Shown here: piece by piece, positions 25,723 to 38,505 of the stretch
How the letters are laid out: the number at the start of each line of letters is the position of its first letter
How positions within the stretch are numbered: the first letter of the stretch is position 1
Notes under the pieces: generated by a model
What the model was told of the DNA's origin: nothing
Database searches by the model: none
The model's input: the letters and a program-made list of their open reading frames with translations, nothing else
Position numbers and translations under genes: made by a program
NCBI RefSeq assembly: GCF_036321535.1
Contig: NC_087447.1
Location: 32,676,001 to 32,740,000 of the forward strand
DNA length: 64,000 nucleotides
Direction of reading: 5' to 3'
Source: Camelus dromedarius
Taxonomy: Eukaryota

Positions 25723-28054
25723 TGACTTTGCTATACTGAACTTTGCCAGTGTTCACACAAAAAGTGTTGGTGAATTCTGATTGAATTCCAAAGAACCAAA
25801 TCTTTAATAATCCAAGACCGTTCCTCGAAATATAACTGAGAAATTACATTATTTTGCCTTATGCTACTTGCTGGCCATCCTTTCATCAAATATCAGTGAG
25901 CAGCTGCTCCTGTGTGCTGGGCACTTGGAGCACATCAGTGAACAAAAGGGGACAAAGATCCCCGCCATTTTGGAGGTGATATTCTAGCTGGGATGCTGGT
26001 GAAGGCAGATGGTGAACCATAATCACAGTAAATAAGTGAAGCGCACACTATATTGAAAAAGAAATAATTGTTACAGAAGGAAAAAAGTAGAGTGAGGTGA
26101 TGGATTCCAGGGGAGCAGGCAAGGTGCCGAAAGAAATTGTAATAGTTGTGTGATTGAGAGAAACAGGAAACAAATGATACTTTTTTTTTCCATTTAAACT
26201 TTTGCCTGACAAATAGTAAATGCCCTAATTGATGACTGTTAAGTTTAGCTAAACTTTGAAGAACTGAGGATATCTGTCTGCTTGTTATGGTAGTCTGGAA
26301 TTAAACAAACCTGAATTTGCTTACTGGTTCCAGAATTTAACCAGAGTGTAGCCTTGGGAAAGTCTTTGAACCTCAATTCTTTCATCCTTAAAGAGAGATA
26401 ATAACGTACAATGCAGAGTTGCTAAGAAGATTAAATAAGGTAATTTATGTGAATGATTTTCTCAGTGCTTATTAAGTGCTGTCTGACCACAGTTAATGAT
26501 AGCTGTGGCTCTGTACAGAATGCTTAAAATGGGGGATTCCCTTCAAGGGTCTTGGGTTCAATATTTAAAGTCCCAGTGTCTTGTGAATGAGCTGTTATTT
26601 TCCTTTAGGCATGGATGAAAAGGAATAGTATAGTTTTTACTTCTGGGCACAGGGTCAGAGTTTGGAAACCAGACTGATGCTCCTGCAGAAAGAGCATGGT
26701 GTGACTGACTACAGCCACAAACCCAAAAGCCTGACATTCACAGCATGGACCCAAGACTGGGAAGCCATGAACTGTGCCTTTCTTATAAGCCGTTCATTGG
26801 CTTCCCCTTTACACACATATTTGTATTTCTGAGTTTAGGCTTTGTTTTAAAGTAAAAGCCCACTCTATGGCCACCACCTTCCACTAACCTGAAAGAAATG
26901 AACGTGCCCTAAATTTTCCTTTTGAAAAAGTGAAACCTAATTTCTATAGAGAAAGACAGAATAAATTAATTTTCTTCCTATGAAATCTGAAGTTTATGCC
27001 CTGAATGTTCACTGTGTGGGAAGATTGGGTACTAATAGACTTTCTGTTATAAATCCTCTAACAAAAACATAGAAAGTCCCTCTTTCCCCTGGGGATAAAA
27101 ACCACAACAAATAAATGGAATTGGATTGATCTGAGTATTCTGCTCAGAACAGAGGAGAACAGATCTTTAAATGACTCTGCACTTGTATTCTTTATTACTT
27201 AAGTTACATAGTAGTTAACTCCCAACTGAAACTGAGCATTTGTTGTAAGGTGGAACGTCCCAATCCTATTGCCCTGTCAAGTTTCCATTTTGATTTAGAT
27301 TTTAATTAGATTTCTTTAGTAGTCTCTATTTTACTGTGGATATTTGAATAAAGTGCCTTTCTTTCTTCATTTACCTGTAATAGGGCTTCAGGATTTCTTC
27401 ACTGTAAGAGACAGTTACTGTAGAATGTCAAGAATAGTTAGCGGGCAATGTATCTGATAAATAAAGAGTGTCTCCAGGAGTCAAGCAGGATACCCCCACC
27501 GGAAGTCATGTGTTCAATTCCTCAAAGCACCCGGGTTGTCTGTATTTTATATTGTCATGTGTAATTACAGGTTAAGTATTGTAGGAGTTGGATGGCGAGG
27601 GGAGAAGGCAAAACACCATATTTATTGAGCAGCCGCTATGTCCAAGGCATTATGTTGGGTGCTTTATATGTGACTCATTCAGTCTTGTAAGCAATGTTAG
27701 CCTAATGTCACAGTTGCAAGGTTAGACATCAAATTAGAGACAGCAGCCATTTAGCAGAGCTGGAAATTGGTTATCCTGGGTTTTAAACTAATTTGAACAG
27801 CTCTAAAATACTCCTTGCACTATAACGGAATAAACCTGGTGTTCTTAGATCGACATATGTGTTTTCATTGTTTTAATCAAAATAATGGAACAACTGCCAT
27901 GGAGCCAAATTTTTCTTAGTTTGTGAAAGACGTGAATTTGACTTCAGTGTGTTTAAGAGTTAGGTAGACTATACAATACACGTGGACACCCATACACATG
28001 AGTTGTTTTAGGAATCCACTGGCACCAGCCTGTCACTCATACAATGCTAAGTCA

Positions 28055-28680
28055 CACCATTTCCTGGGTTTTAAATTGCATCAATTGTATGCCACACCAC
28101 GAATGTCACATACCTTTTAAAATGGTTTTTACTTCCTTTTTATTGGGATAACATATACATAGAATAAAATTTATTATTTTAACCACTTAAAGTCTACAAT
28201 TCATTGGCGTTAAGTACGTGCACAATGTTGTGCAAACCGTCAACGTTGTCTGGTTCCAGAGCTTTTTCATTGCTCCAAAAGGCAACCCATACCCGTTAAA
28301 CAGTCACTGCCCACTTGCTCCTCTGCTCGGCCCCTGTAAATTGCTAGTCTACTTTCTGTCTTTATGGATTTACCTATTCTGGATATTTTATATAAATAGA
28401 ATCATTCAATACATGATCTTTTAGGACTGGCTTCTTTCACTTGTTTTCAAGGTTCATCTGTATTGTGGCATATATCAGTACTTCATCTCTTTTTGCTGGT
28501 AAATAATATTCCAACATAGGGATATACCATTTATGTTTATCCATTCATTAGTTGATAGATATTTAAGAGGAAGAACAGAAAACATACATTAAATGTATAT
28601 ACCAACTGAAAAAATGCATCCACATCTTCAAAAGGCTAACATATGGCAAAATGTACATCTTAAAATTGAAGAAGTGGATC
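28055..28680. mobile_element. Possible MER104/Kanga-like (TcMar-Tc2) element split by an L1
   Basis: gcatcaattgtatgccacacca left of the L1 and atgcatccacatcttcaaa...aaaatgtacatcttaaaattgaagaa right of it. Confidence 0.4.
28136..28565 (-). mobile_element. L1MB-type 3' end
   Basis: ttttattgggataacatatacatagaataaaatt...ttaagtacgtgcacaatgttgtgcaa...tatggatttacctattctggatattt...ttcaaggttcatc. Confidence 0.9.
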
Positions 28681-29009
28681 ATTTACTGAAAAACAGTCTA
28701 AGTTGTGTCCCTCTATCTGTTATTTTACAGGATTGAATCAGAGACTGGATTTAGTGGCTTGTCCAATAAATATTTGTTTCATTGGTTAACTAGCAGTGTC
28801 TTTGTTTTCATGTTAAAAAAAAAAGAAAACATTAAGGGAAAAGAGCTGGCAAATAAATGAGCCAGATTTCTGCTTTACATACTTGTTATAAGTTATAGGG
28901 TTTCCTAAATTCTAGGAAAGCCTTATATGTCCATTCCAGATGCCAGAAATGCCCTGACTTAGTTTGACTGTGAAATATAAAGTATGGAAAACTAAAATGT
29001 ACATTCTAT

Positions 29010-29490
29010 TGTATGTAAATGTTCAAAGCTTCATTATATATAATAGCCCCAAACTGTAAACAACTCACATAGCCATCAACAGGTGAATGGGTAAACAGTT
29101 GAGGTATATCGATACACTATGCTACTCGGCAACAAAATGAATCATGCTACTGAGAGGTGCAACAGTGTGAATGGATCTTAAGATAATAATGTGGAAAGAA
29201 AGAAGTCTGATAAAAAGAAGTGCATTCTGTGTGATTCCATTTAGATAAAATGCTAGAAAATGCAAACTAATCTGAAGTAACAAAAAGCAGATCAGTGAAT
29301 GGAATGGGGAATGGGAGAGACAGAAAGGAGGAGTTATAAAGGAAAACAAGAAAACTTTTGGGAGTGATGGTTATGTTTATTCTCTTGATTGTGATGATAG
29401 CTTCATGGGAGTATGAATACGTCAAAATTCATAAAAATTTTACACTTTAAATATGTGCAGGTTATTATATCTCAGACTTTAATCAAGCTG
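29010..29490 (+). mobile_element. L1MC/MD-type 3' region
   Basis: taatagccccaaactgtaaacaactc...ccatcaacaggtgaatgggtaaac...tgtgtgattccattt...aaaacttttgggagtgatgg. Confidence 0.85.
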
Positions 29491-32379
29491 TGTATAATAT
29501 CCACGAGTAACTGAAAAATAAATACATAAATAACTAAAAATAAATATATAAATAAACAAATGCAGGTTCCAAATTCATAGCTGTGAATGACCTTTCATTC
29601 AGAGAAAACGTAATTATTACTATTAGCAAAAAAAAAAGAGGGTGGGAAGGCTAACAATCAATATTTTTAATACTAGGCACCAGCGCCCATCCTATTGGCT
29701 ATGCTGAGAGAAACAATTACTCTGATAGAGTCATCCAGTAATGAGTAGGGACCTATGTTTAGACTATCCGTGTTTAACCATAACCTTATCAGAAATATAT
29801 ATGGGCTCTATTCCTGCGTGAGGATGTGAAAATAAATAATAACAGAACATATGGTTCTATCATAGTATCATACGCATATCAAAGCTGGCAAGCATACCCA
29901 GGCTGGAAACAGTTCTATTGTTATGCTGCTCTTGGTTAGCTAAACATACTGCAAATCGGGCTAATTCAAGGGTAAGTATTGACAATTCATTTAATGCCAG
30001 TTCTTTGAGGACAGGCTGAGCAGGTTGGAAATGCATAATCAATTTATGTACAAAAAGACAGAAAAGCATTCAACAGAATGGATTAACACTGAACATGAGG
30101 CTTAGGTTTCTGGTTTTGCCCAGTCTGAGTAACAGAATCTTAGATAGAATGGCCAAGTGTGTAGATTATATACAGACAACTGGAGAGTTTACTTAGCACA
30201 GGACTTTGGGAAGAACACAGAAGTGTTCACTGAAGATGAAGACACTGTGTTGAGAATTATGTTGATGGTACAGACTTCTAGACAACCAGGTTTAAGCTAC
30301 ATGCCATGCGTTTCTACCCTAACCTCCAGTTTCTTTTCACCTAGAAAAGTGAATTCTTAACACACATAGCTAAGGCTATAGATCTAACCCATTTCAGAAA
30401 CATTCTGTATCCCGCTAGTTTGGATACCCTGGGGCGTGGTTGCTCTTACGATGTCTGCTTCTTGTATTAGGACCTCTAGTATGATTATTCATTCTTAGTC
30501 GTTTACTGTTGATCTCCAGAATGTTTGTGTGATGCTGGAGCACTGTGTCCTCAACTTGAGTATTTTAAACTCATGCTATCTTTGGCACCTTAATTCTCTT
30601 TTAGAATCACATTAATTTCACATCTGCTGACCTGTCGCCTCAGTCTCCTTCAAAACTCCCCTGTGTGTGCACACACGTGCATCCCTTTAGTGGGAATACT
30701 CACTTTCTGCTTCAAGTCTTGCTGAAAACCCATTGCCTACGGGGCAGAAACATGGAAGCATCAATGCGACAATACTATACTTGTACAACTCCATTTACTG
30801 TTCCCCAGGCAATAGTGGCTCAGGGAATTACTGCTCATTCACTTTACGCCTAACATTATGTGAGTTCTGCAAGCCTGAGTGGAAATCTCTGCTACATAGT
30901 AGAGGTCAGGATGCTGAATGTGCCCGCGTGCATCTTGCACAGAGTAATTTTCTTTCAGCGCTGGATCCCAATATTCTAATTGTGTCTCTGTAATAGAAAG
31001 ACAGTGTGCTTCACTCTACAATGTGTTCCAAATGAAATTTTAAAAACCCACATCAGGCAAAAGACATAATGAACAGAAAATATTACCTGGGATTTCCGAT
31101 ATCTTTGCCTTTTGATTTCCATTTGCTTTGGTAATTGGAAGATGGAACAGATGGTGACAATCTCATTGAATATGGTGTGCCCATTATAATAGCCCATTCT
31201 GCCACACAATTCTTCACAAGCAAAGGATGCATTAGAAGGGACTGTGGCTTTCAAAAACCGATGATGAGCTCTGTGGGGTGGACGATTATGCAGGGGGTAG
31301 AGTGGGCGGTTTATGGCCCTTAGATGCAGCTGCTTTGTGAAACTTGTGACACCTGTTGAAGTCCACGGAGGAGGAAAATGGAGCTGTAAAAGTGGGCAGC
31401 TGGATTTGACTGATTACTAGCACCACAACTCCCGCTTAGAAAAGCTTGCAGATCATTGCCCAGTGAGGCTAACATCCCCCCAAACAGCCCCGTGTTTCTG
31501 GCCCTGCCTGAGGGTAAAGAAAACCAACTCCAAACTATGGGTGTGCCTCATTTTTTAAAAGGCCATACGGAGTGAGTTCAATCACAGGCAGTGTCTGTAA
31601 AGAATACAAATGGATGTGGCTTTGCTTTGACTAACTGGATTGTTTTCAAGATTAGGCAACAGGTAGTTGTTGAAATACCCCAGCTTTCCACATCAACTGT
31701 CTCATTGCAAAAATCCTCTCCACTTATCATAGCAAATGCAATAACTTAAAATGAAATTGATATAATTCATAAAAATGCTGCAGGTGAATGGAAATTAAGG
31801 TGCTTGTAAATACTGTAGCTTTCCGGGAGTCTTATAGAGACTTAATTAAACATTTTTGGGTTCTACCTGATAAGGTGGCATTTGCTATCAACTTACAGGT
31901 TTGAATTTGCAAGACAAGCAATCAAGAGGCTGGTTATCTCCTTCTGGGTGTTTTGCATATAATTGGAACAAGCAGAAAGAGAGTAGAGGTAACAGCAGGT
32001 TCTGCTGGTGTGTGTAAAAGAAATACTGTCTTTTCTCCTACCAAAACAAGCAATATTATACTTTTAAAACAAAACACAATAAAAACTTTTCCTGACTCCA
32101 TTAAATATCTGCTTGAAATTTATGTGTATTACTTACATGTTCCCATTAAACATAGATGTGGTCCTTAGCATCTTATTCAACCTGCCTTTTCTTAATGGAA
32201 TCATATCTTTTCTTATTATACATCCATGTTTATATGAAATCTCCTTTTAAAATAGAAGTGAGAAGAGATTTGTTTAATATTCATTTATTTGTCTATTATA
32301 AAAGTTGTGTATGCTTATTAAATGAAATGGGACCACCAAGAAAAAGATAACAAAAAAAAGCAAGAATTTTTAGAAATCT

Positions 32380-33300
32380 ATTTATGTTAACATTTTGGTA
32401 TATTTTTCCAGTTTTGTTTTCTATACATAGGTTTACAAAAATATTTTTAAAACATTATAGAGATACAATTCTGTGTGCTTTATTTTGTAATTAACTGCTA
32501 ACGTATAAGTTATAAATGAATATTTAAATTGTTGAATAATATATTGGTTAGATACTATCAATTTAAATAATTCATTGTATTTTTGAACATTACAGTTATT
32601 TGTAAATGTTTTGATATCACGAATAATACTCTGACAGAATTTTGTGTACAAATCTTTTCTATATATGATTATTTACAAAAATTTTCAAATTTAGACTCTA
32701 TATTTCCAGAAGTGGTGCCATTTTATACCCCATTAGTAGTTTTTGAAAGCTATTAAGACTATTACAAGGTTTTTTTTAATGTTTACTAATTTAATATGCA
32801 AAAGTGAGATCTCATTTTAATTTGCATTTCTTTGATTACTAGGGAAGGTGAATATTTTTCCATTTGTTTTTAATCTAATTTTATTTTCTCTCTTATGGAT
32901 TGTCCATGTCTTTTGCATATTTATCTGTTGCAAGTTTTCTCTTCTCTCTTTTGTATGAATGTTCTCTATAGTAGAAATGTACTGTCATACTTCACGTATT
33001 GTTGTTTCCTTCTGTTGCCTTTCTTTTAATATTGGTTATTTCTGCATGGAAAAGTTTTTAACTCACATGTAGCTAAATGTTAATCTTTTCTTTTGTACTT
33101 ACTTTGTGGCTTTTAAGCTTAAAAAATTCCCACTAACACTGGTATTCAGAAGCTTTATAGTTGCAAAAAAGATTATATGGATTATTTTTATGTATTTAAC
33201 CTGTATTCCATCCAAAGTTTCTATTTTCGATAAACTGTGGAAACCAAAATGGATCAATTCTTCCCCAAGTGTTAATCAACAGTCCAGCATCAGACACTGG
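32380..33300 (-). mobile_element. Old L1ME-type fragment
   Basis: ttccagaagtggtgccattttatacccc...tctcattttaatttgcatttctttgattactagg..ggtgaatattttt. Confidence 0.75.
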
Positions 33301-33974
33301 TTACTGAATAATCTTTTTCTTTGTCACTGACTGGGAATGCTTCCATAAAACACACAAACACACGCGCGCACACACACACACGCACGCACATCATGAAGAT
33401 AATCCATTTCTGTTTCTTTAACACAGTGATGTTTGCCCCAACAGGAAGGAATATCTTAGGTTCAGATATTACCAGGACTGACACTCTTGTCAGAGTGCTC
33501 TGTGTGCTGAGTCAGCCCCGCACAACGCCAACCTAAGTGAATTCTATCAGAGTTCATCACTTCGCCTCCGGACCTGAGTTCTGGAACTGTTGACTACCCA
33601 CTCCTCTTGGATCAGTTCCCTAATCCAAGTTATGCCATATTCTGTTTCCAGCTTCTCTACCACCCATCCTTGCCATGCCTCAATGTTCAGCAATGTTTGC
33701 CTCTGAAGTGGTGACATACTTTCCAAATGAGCACCCACAAATCAACACAAGGGCTCAGTGACTTACTAACACCCAGTATAGACTGCCCTCTAACATTGGC
33801 CAGAAAGTAATGCAAGACTAGTCATTTCCCCTTTCTTTGTATCTGTTTGTATCTATTTTCACTCCTATAGGACAAGAGAGCATTCTGTACTCCCCAAGTA
33901 GCAGCTAATCTATCAAATTAATCTAACTCCTCCAAGGCTGAAACTGAATATGCTATCAGAGACCACTGTCCCTG

Positions 33975-34447
33975 ACATCTTACCTTCCTATTGCTGCTAT
34001 GATAAATTTTCATGTCACCCATTTAGAGACCTAAAACAAAGCAGATTTATTCTCTTACAGGTCTGAAATTTAGGAAACTGAACCGAGTTACAATGGGCTA
34101 AAATCGGGTTGTCCAGAAAGGCTGTTTTGCTTCTAGGTTCTAGGGGAGAATCCATTTCCTTTCTTTCTCAGCTTCTAGCGGCCACCTGCATTCCTTGGCT
34201 TATGGTACCTTACTTCATTTTCAAAGCCAGCTGCCTGGACTCTTCCATTCTCTCTACCTCTCCTTCCTTGCTCTTTCATTTTTAAGGATCCTTGTGATTA
34301 CATTGGTCCTATCTCCATAATCCACGATAATCTCCACATCTCAAGATCCTTAACTGCATCTGCAAAGTCCCTTTGAAAAATAGCATTTTCATAAATTCCA
34401 GGAATTAGAATACAGACATATTTAGAGATCATTATTTGCATACTATG
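33975..34447 (-). mobile_element. MLT1D-like LTR
   Basis: ttcctattgctgct...gggctaaaatc...ggttctaggggagaatccatttcc...ccttggcttatgg...aaggatccttgtgattacattgg...atctgcaaagtccc. Confidence 0.88.
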
Positions 34448-34609
34448 CTAACGTTGGACTAATTAAGGAAACCATGCCCCCACAGATGTGGAGATTTCAG
34501 GTCCAAATTAGGATTAGTATGGTAGTAATTCAGCATATATACAGTGTGAATTGGGTGGGTATTTTTGGACCATTTTATGCTTTCATTAATTTTTTATTTA
34601 CTCTTTCAG

Positions 34610-34870
34610 GAGAGACAGCATAGAATCAGTGTATAACTGATTACTCACTGGAAAAAAAATGTATTGGGCTTCAATCCTTGACCATGAATCTTCCTGTCTA
34701 GCAGTTACTTAAAAAATACTCTGTGCCTCAGTTTTCTCATCTATAAAATGGTGAAAGTAGTATTTATCTCACAGAGTTGTTGAATTCATATAATGAATTC
34801 ATTCATGTAGAGAGTTTAGAAAAATGCCTAATGTGTAAAAAATACTCAAAAAAAGTTAGCTGCTATAATC
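34610..34870 (+). mobile_element. MIR SINE
   Basis: ctctgtgcctcagttttctcatctataaaatgg...tatctcacagagttgttg. Confidence 0.85.
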
Positions 34871-36749
34871 CTCATCCTCAGCCTTATCATTATTTATTCA
34901 TTGAATAGATATTTTCTGAGTCCCAGTGCTAAGCTGTGTACTAGAATTTACATGCATTTCCTTTCAAAGCTCTCAAAATCTAGGTGACAAACTATACTTT
35001 GCTAAAGTGAAAACATTTATAGACGCACAGAAAATTGCACAACTGATCCTGAGGCTGTTGCCTGGTGTGTGTGTGTGTTGGGGGGTGGGGAGAGGAATCC
35101 ACCGATGAAGATGTGCCATTGGTTATACATTGATTGATAGGTAGGAGTTTGAAGAGTGGAGAATATAATGTGTGCTTAAGTCTTCTCTCTCGGTATAATC
35201 AATTGACTCCTACACTGGCTTACTAAATACCTAAAATTTTTAGCCCTCAGCTGGATTCTGTATGCAGTGGGAAAGAGACATAACATAAAACAGAACAGAA
35301 TTGCTGTCACCAAGGACCAAGGGAAACAAGGTTTACATACTCACAACCATGAGGATATGTATGCCTGGATATTTACTTTGGGGATAATCAAAAAAAAAGA
35401 AAAGAAGAAGAAGAAGAAGGAGTGAGAAGATATAATTTTAATAGAATATTAAAAGAACCATTTCATATTATACAGAGGAAATCTTTCATTCTGAGGATGA
35501 AGAGACTTCAATCTAGATTTATCTGAACTATCTAAACTCACGGCCCTTAGGTGGAGACTGGAAATCAAATCCTAATCACATGACACATGTTCAAGAACTC
35601 TTTGGGCAAAGCTAAGCTGCCTCAGATTTGAGCTACAATCTTTAATAAGTTTTCTTCTGTCTTCTCCACTTTTCAACAGTATAATAATATACACCTCTGA
35701 CACAACTCCATTGCCTTAGATAAGGATAACTACGTTTCTGATATCCTATGGAGCCATCTTTACTTGCAATATTGACTTTTCATTATTTGATAATTGGTAA
35801 TTATAATCATTGTAAGTCCAAGGCCTTTGCTTCTTGCTTCAAGTTGGGTATGTATGTTCTTAGAATGAAATATTCTTTCATTCAGTTCTCAGAAGAGACT
35901 CTATGGTAATAATTATCAGCATTGTATGTAAGGAAAAACAGATTTAAAATGACTCAATAACGTGCTTATTTTACTGGTAAGTGGAGGAGCCAGGGTTTGA
36001 ACCCCTTTCTGCTCGTTTGAAGCACTTGTATCCTTACAACGTTAATACGGCGATTTGTGGACTCATTTCCTAATTTAACATTCTTCAGAGGTGTCTTGAG
36101 CACTGGAGATGAGAAAACCATTGACTAAGCTTTGTTAATTCTTTCAAAAAGTGGCTGCTTTTTCCCAGCAACATTCCAAAAAAAAGCTGTCCTTAACTAG
36201 ACATAATGTAGGTCAAATGAGAGGACCAAGGAAGACAATGTGATCTCCATTGGCAGATAGAATCATAAACTTCCTTTCAATCTGCTCTCTAGGGAAATGG
36301 AGCTGGAGGAACATTTACTTACTGACTATCCAGCAAAAGCCCACAGGAAATAAAGGTCATCTTATCAGTATTATCTCTAACAGATAACTTCTCAAACAGG
36401 CTCACCTTTGAGAACAAAGCGAAAAATAATCCCTAGATATCCTGATAATTTTTTGAGGCACAATTCTTTTTAAGGACATTAAATGGGATTTAAAGTTCAC
36501 TTCTCTTGAACACATCACTAATATTTTCCCAGAAAGAGCACACACAGCAGTAATGATTCGTATTATTTCATTTCAGACATTTCTGCCTATAGTTAAGTCT
36601 GCTTTTACACAAGTCATTCTTTCTAGTAATCTCTTCATTTGTTCTAGAAATTGTTGAGAGTGGTGGTGAGCTCTCAATTTATCAGAACTTTTCTTCCTAG
36701 AGAAGATCTATCATTACATTATTATGTCTATACAGATTATTTACTATTA

Positions 36750-37125
36750 CAGCTAAGGAAGGACCAAAGAGGGGTGCAAGGCTGCCTTCTAGTGTTTGAA
36801 GATCTGTCATATGAAGAGGAAATAGCTTTGCTGTTCCTAAAACCAGCAGCAATATGGGTGAAGGACAGAGCCTTGAGGGAAACCGTGCAGTCAGAGAAAG
36901 CATATTTGAGGTCAAGAGAAGGAAATACTTTCTGAGAAGCAGTGCAATTCTAGAATAAAATTGGCTTTCTCATTAGGTAATGAGCCTTTCATCATGAGAA
37001 GCATGCAAGCAGAGGAAGAAAGATTATCTGTTGGGACTGATACAGAGAATATTCCTACATTGGTAAGAGATTAGAACAAATGACATTTTAGGGCCCTTAC
37101 TAACTCTGAGAGTATGAATCTATGT
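36750..37125 (+). mobile_element. L3 (CR1) 3' end
   Basis: aaggaaatactttctga...aggtaatgagcc...caagcagagg...attcctacattgg...ttagaacaaatgac...cccttactaactctgagagtatga follows the recalled L3 tail. Confidence 0.75.
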
Positions 37126-37129
37126 TGTT

Positions 37130-37222
37130 TTTATATTTATATATATATATGTATGTATATGTATACACACACACATATATATACACATGTACATTAAAAG
37201 ATATATATATATATAGACATAT
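37130..37222. repeat. (TA)/(CA) low-complexity microsatellite
   Basis: Directly visible. Confidence 0.9.
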
Positions 37223-37529
37223 GGCTAGCATATCCAAAATCTTTCATATAAACACCTTGATGCATATAGATGCTAAACAAACTTGCTGAATCAATTGAAT
37301 GGACAATTGATTCCTTGAATCAATTTATGGAATAAACTTTCTTTAAAACTCCCTTTGTTCACTCGGGGAAGCTCCCTTGGAAACAGTGAAAAGGAGGAAG
37401 TTAAGTCTGAGTAGTATCTGAATTTACCAGACTGAATTTTCTTGTTGGTAACAGCAAGTTACTCATACAAAAGCTTAAAAATTTGAGAGTTGGAAATTGA
37501 CTAACGTCTTCCCATGTTCCTAACACACA

Positions 37530-38505
37530 ATGTGATTCATTGTTGTATAACAAAACCCTGCAAAACTCTGTGGCTTAAAACAAGAGACTTTTGTGAACTC
37601 ACGGTGTGATTTGAGTTGGGTTTAGCTAGGTGGTTCTTCTGCTGGTCTCCTAGACTTCCCCAGTGAGGTCAGCTGCCAGTCGGCTGACAGTCTCTGCTTA
37701 TGGAGGTTACTTGTCAACTTGTCATGGGGACAAATGGGCCGTGATCCTCTGATTATCCAGCATGCTAGTCCAAGCTTGTTCACATGGTAGCGGTTTCAGT
37801 TTTATAAAGGTAGTAAGAGAGAGCAAGCCCCAAAGTACAAGCACTTTTCAGATCTCTGCTTCTTTACATTTGCTGTTACCTCATTGTCTAAAGTCAATGT
37901 CATGGGTTTGTGTTCCCTCAAAATTCACAGGTTGAAGCCCTGACCCCCAGTACCTCAGGATGTAAACTTATTTGGAATTAAGTTTGTTGCACATGTAATC
38001 AGTTGAGTTACCATGAGGTCATTCTGGAGTAGAGTGGGTCCCTAATTCATATGATCTTATGAATACGGCCTTATCTAATGTGTTCTTATAAGAAGGGGAA
38101 ATTTAGAGACAGACACATATGGAAGAAAGATTATCTGTTGGGACTGATGCAGAGGATATTCCTACATTGGTAAGAGATTAGAACAAATGACATTTTAGGA
38201 CCCTTACTAACTCTGAGAGTATGAAGAAGCTAAAAGAGAGGGCTGGAACAGATCCTTTCCTAGCCCCTTGAAAGAGAGTGTGGCCCTACCGACATCTTGA
38301 TCTCAGAGCTTGAACTCCAGTAGTCTTGATACAATAAGTCTGTGGTTTAAGCCACCCAGTAAATGATACTGTTACTGTAGCCCTAGCAAACTAATACAGC
38401 AAGTCACATACTGAGTCCAGGGTCATTATGGAGTGGACTATCTAAAAGCATGGACATGGAAAGCAAGAGAAAATTGGGGACCACTCCTGCAATGATAGAT
38501 CACAG
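37530..38505 (-). mobile_element. Old MLT1 (H/G-like) LTR split by a younger MLT1
   Basis: tgtggcttaaaacaa...gcttgttcacatgg...gagagcaagcccc...cattgtctaaag | gcaagtcacat...gagtccagggtca continues across the insert. Confidence 0.75.
37898..38398 (+). mobile_element. MLT1B/C LTR carrying a 105-bp foreign patch
   Basis: tgtcatggg...ccctcaaaattca..gttgaagccctgacccccagtacctcag...gtttaagccacccagt...gccctagcaaactaataca. Confidence 0.9.
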
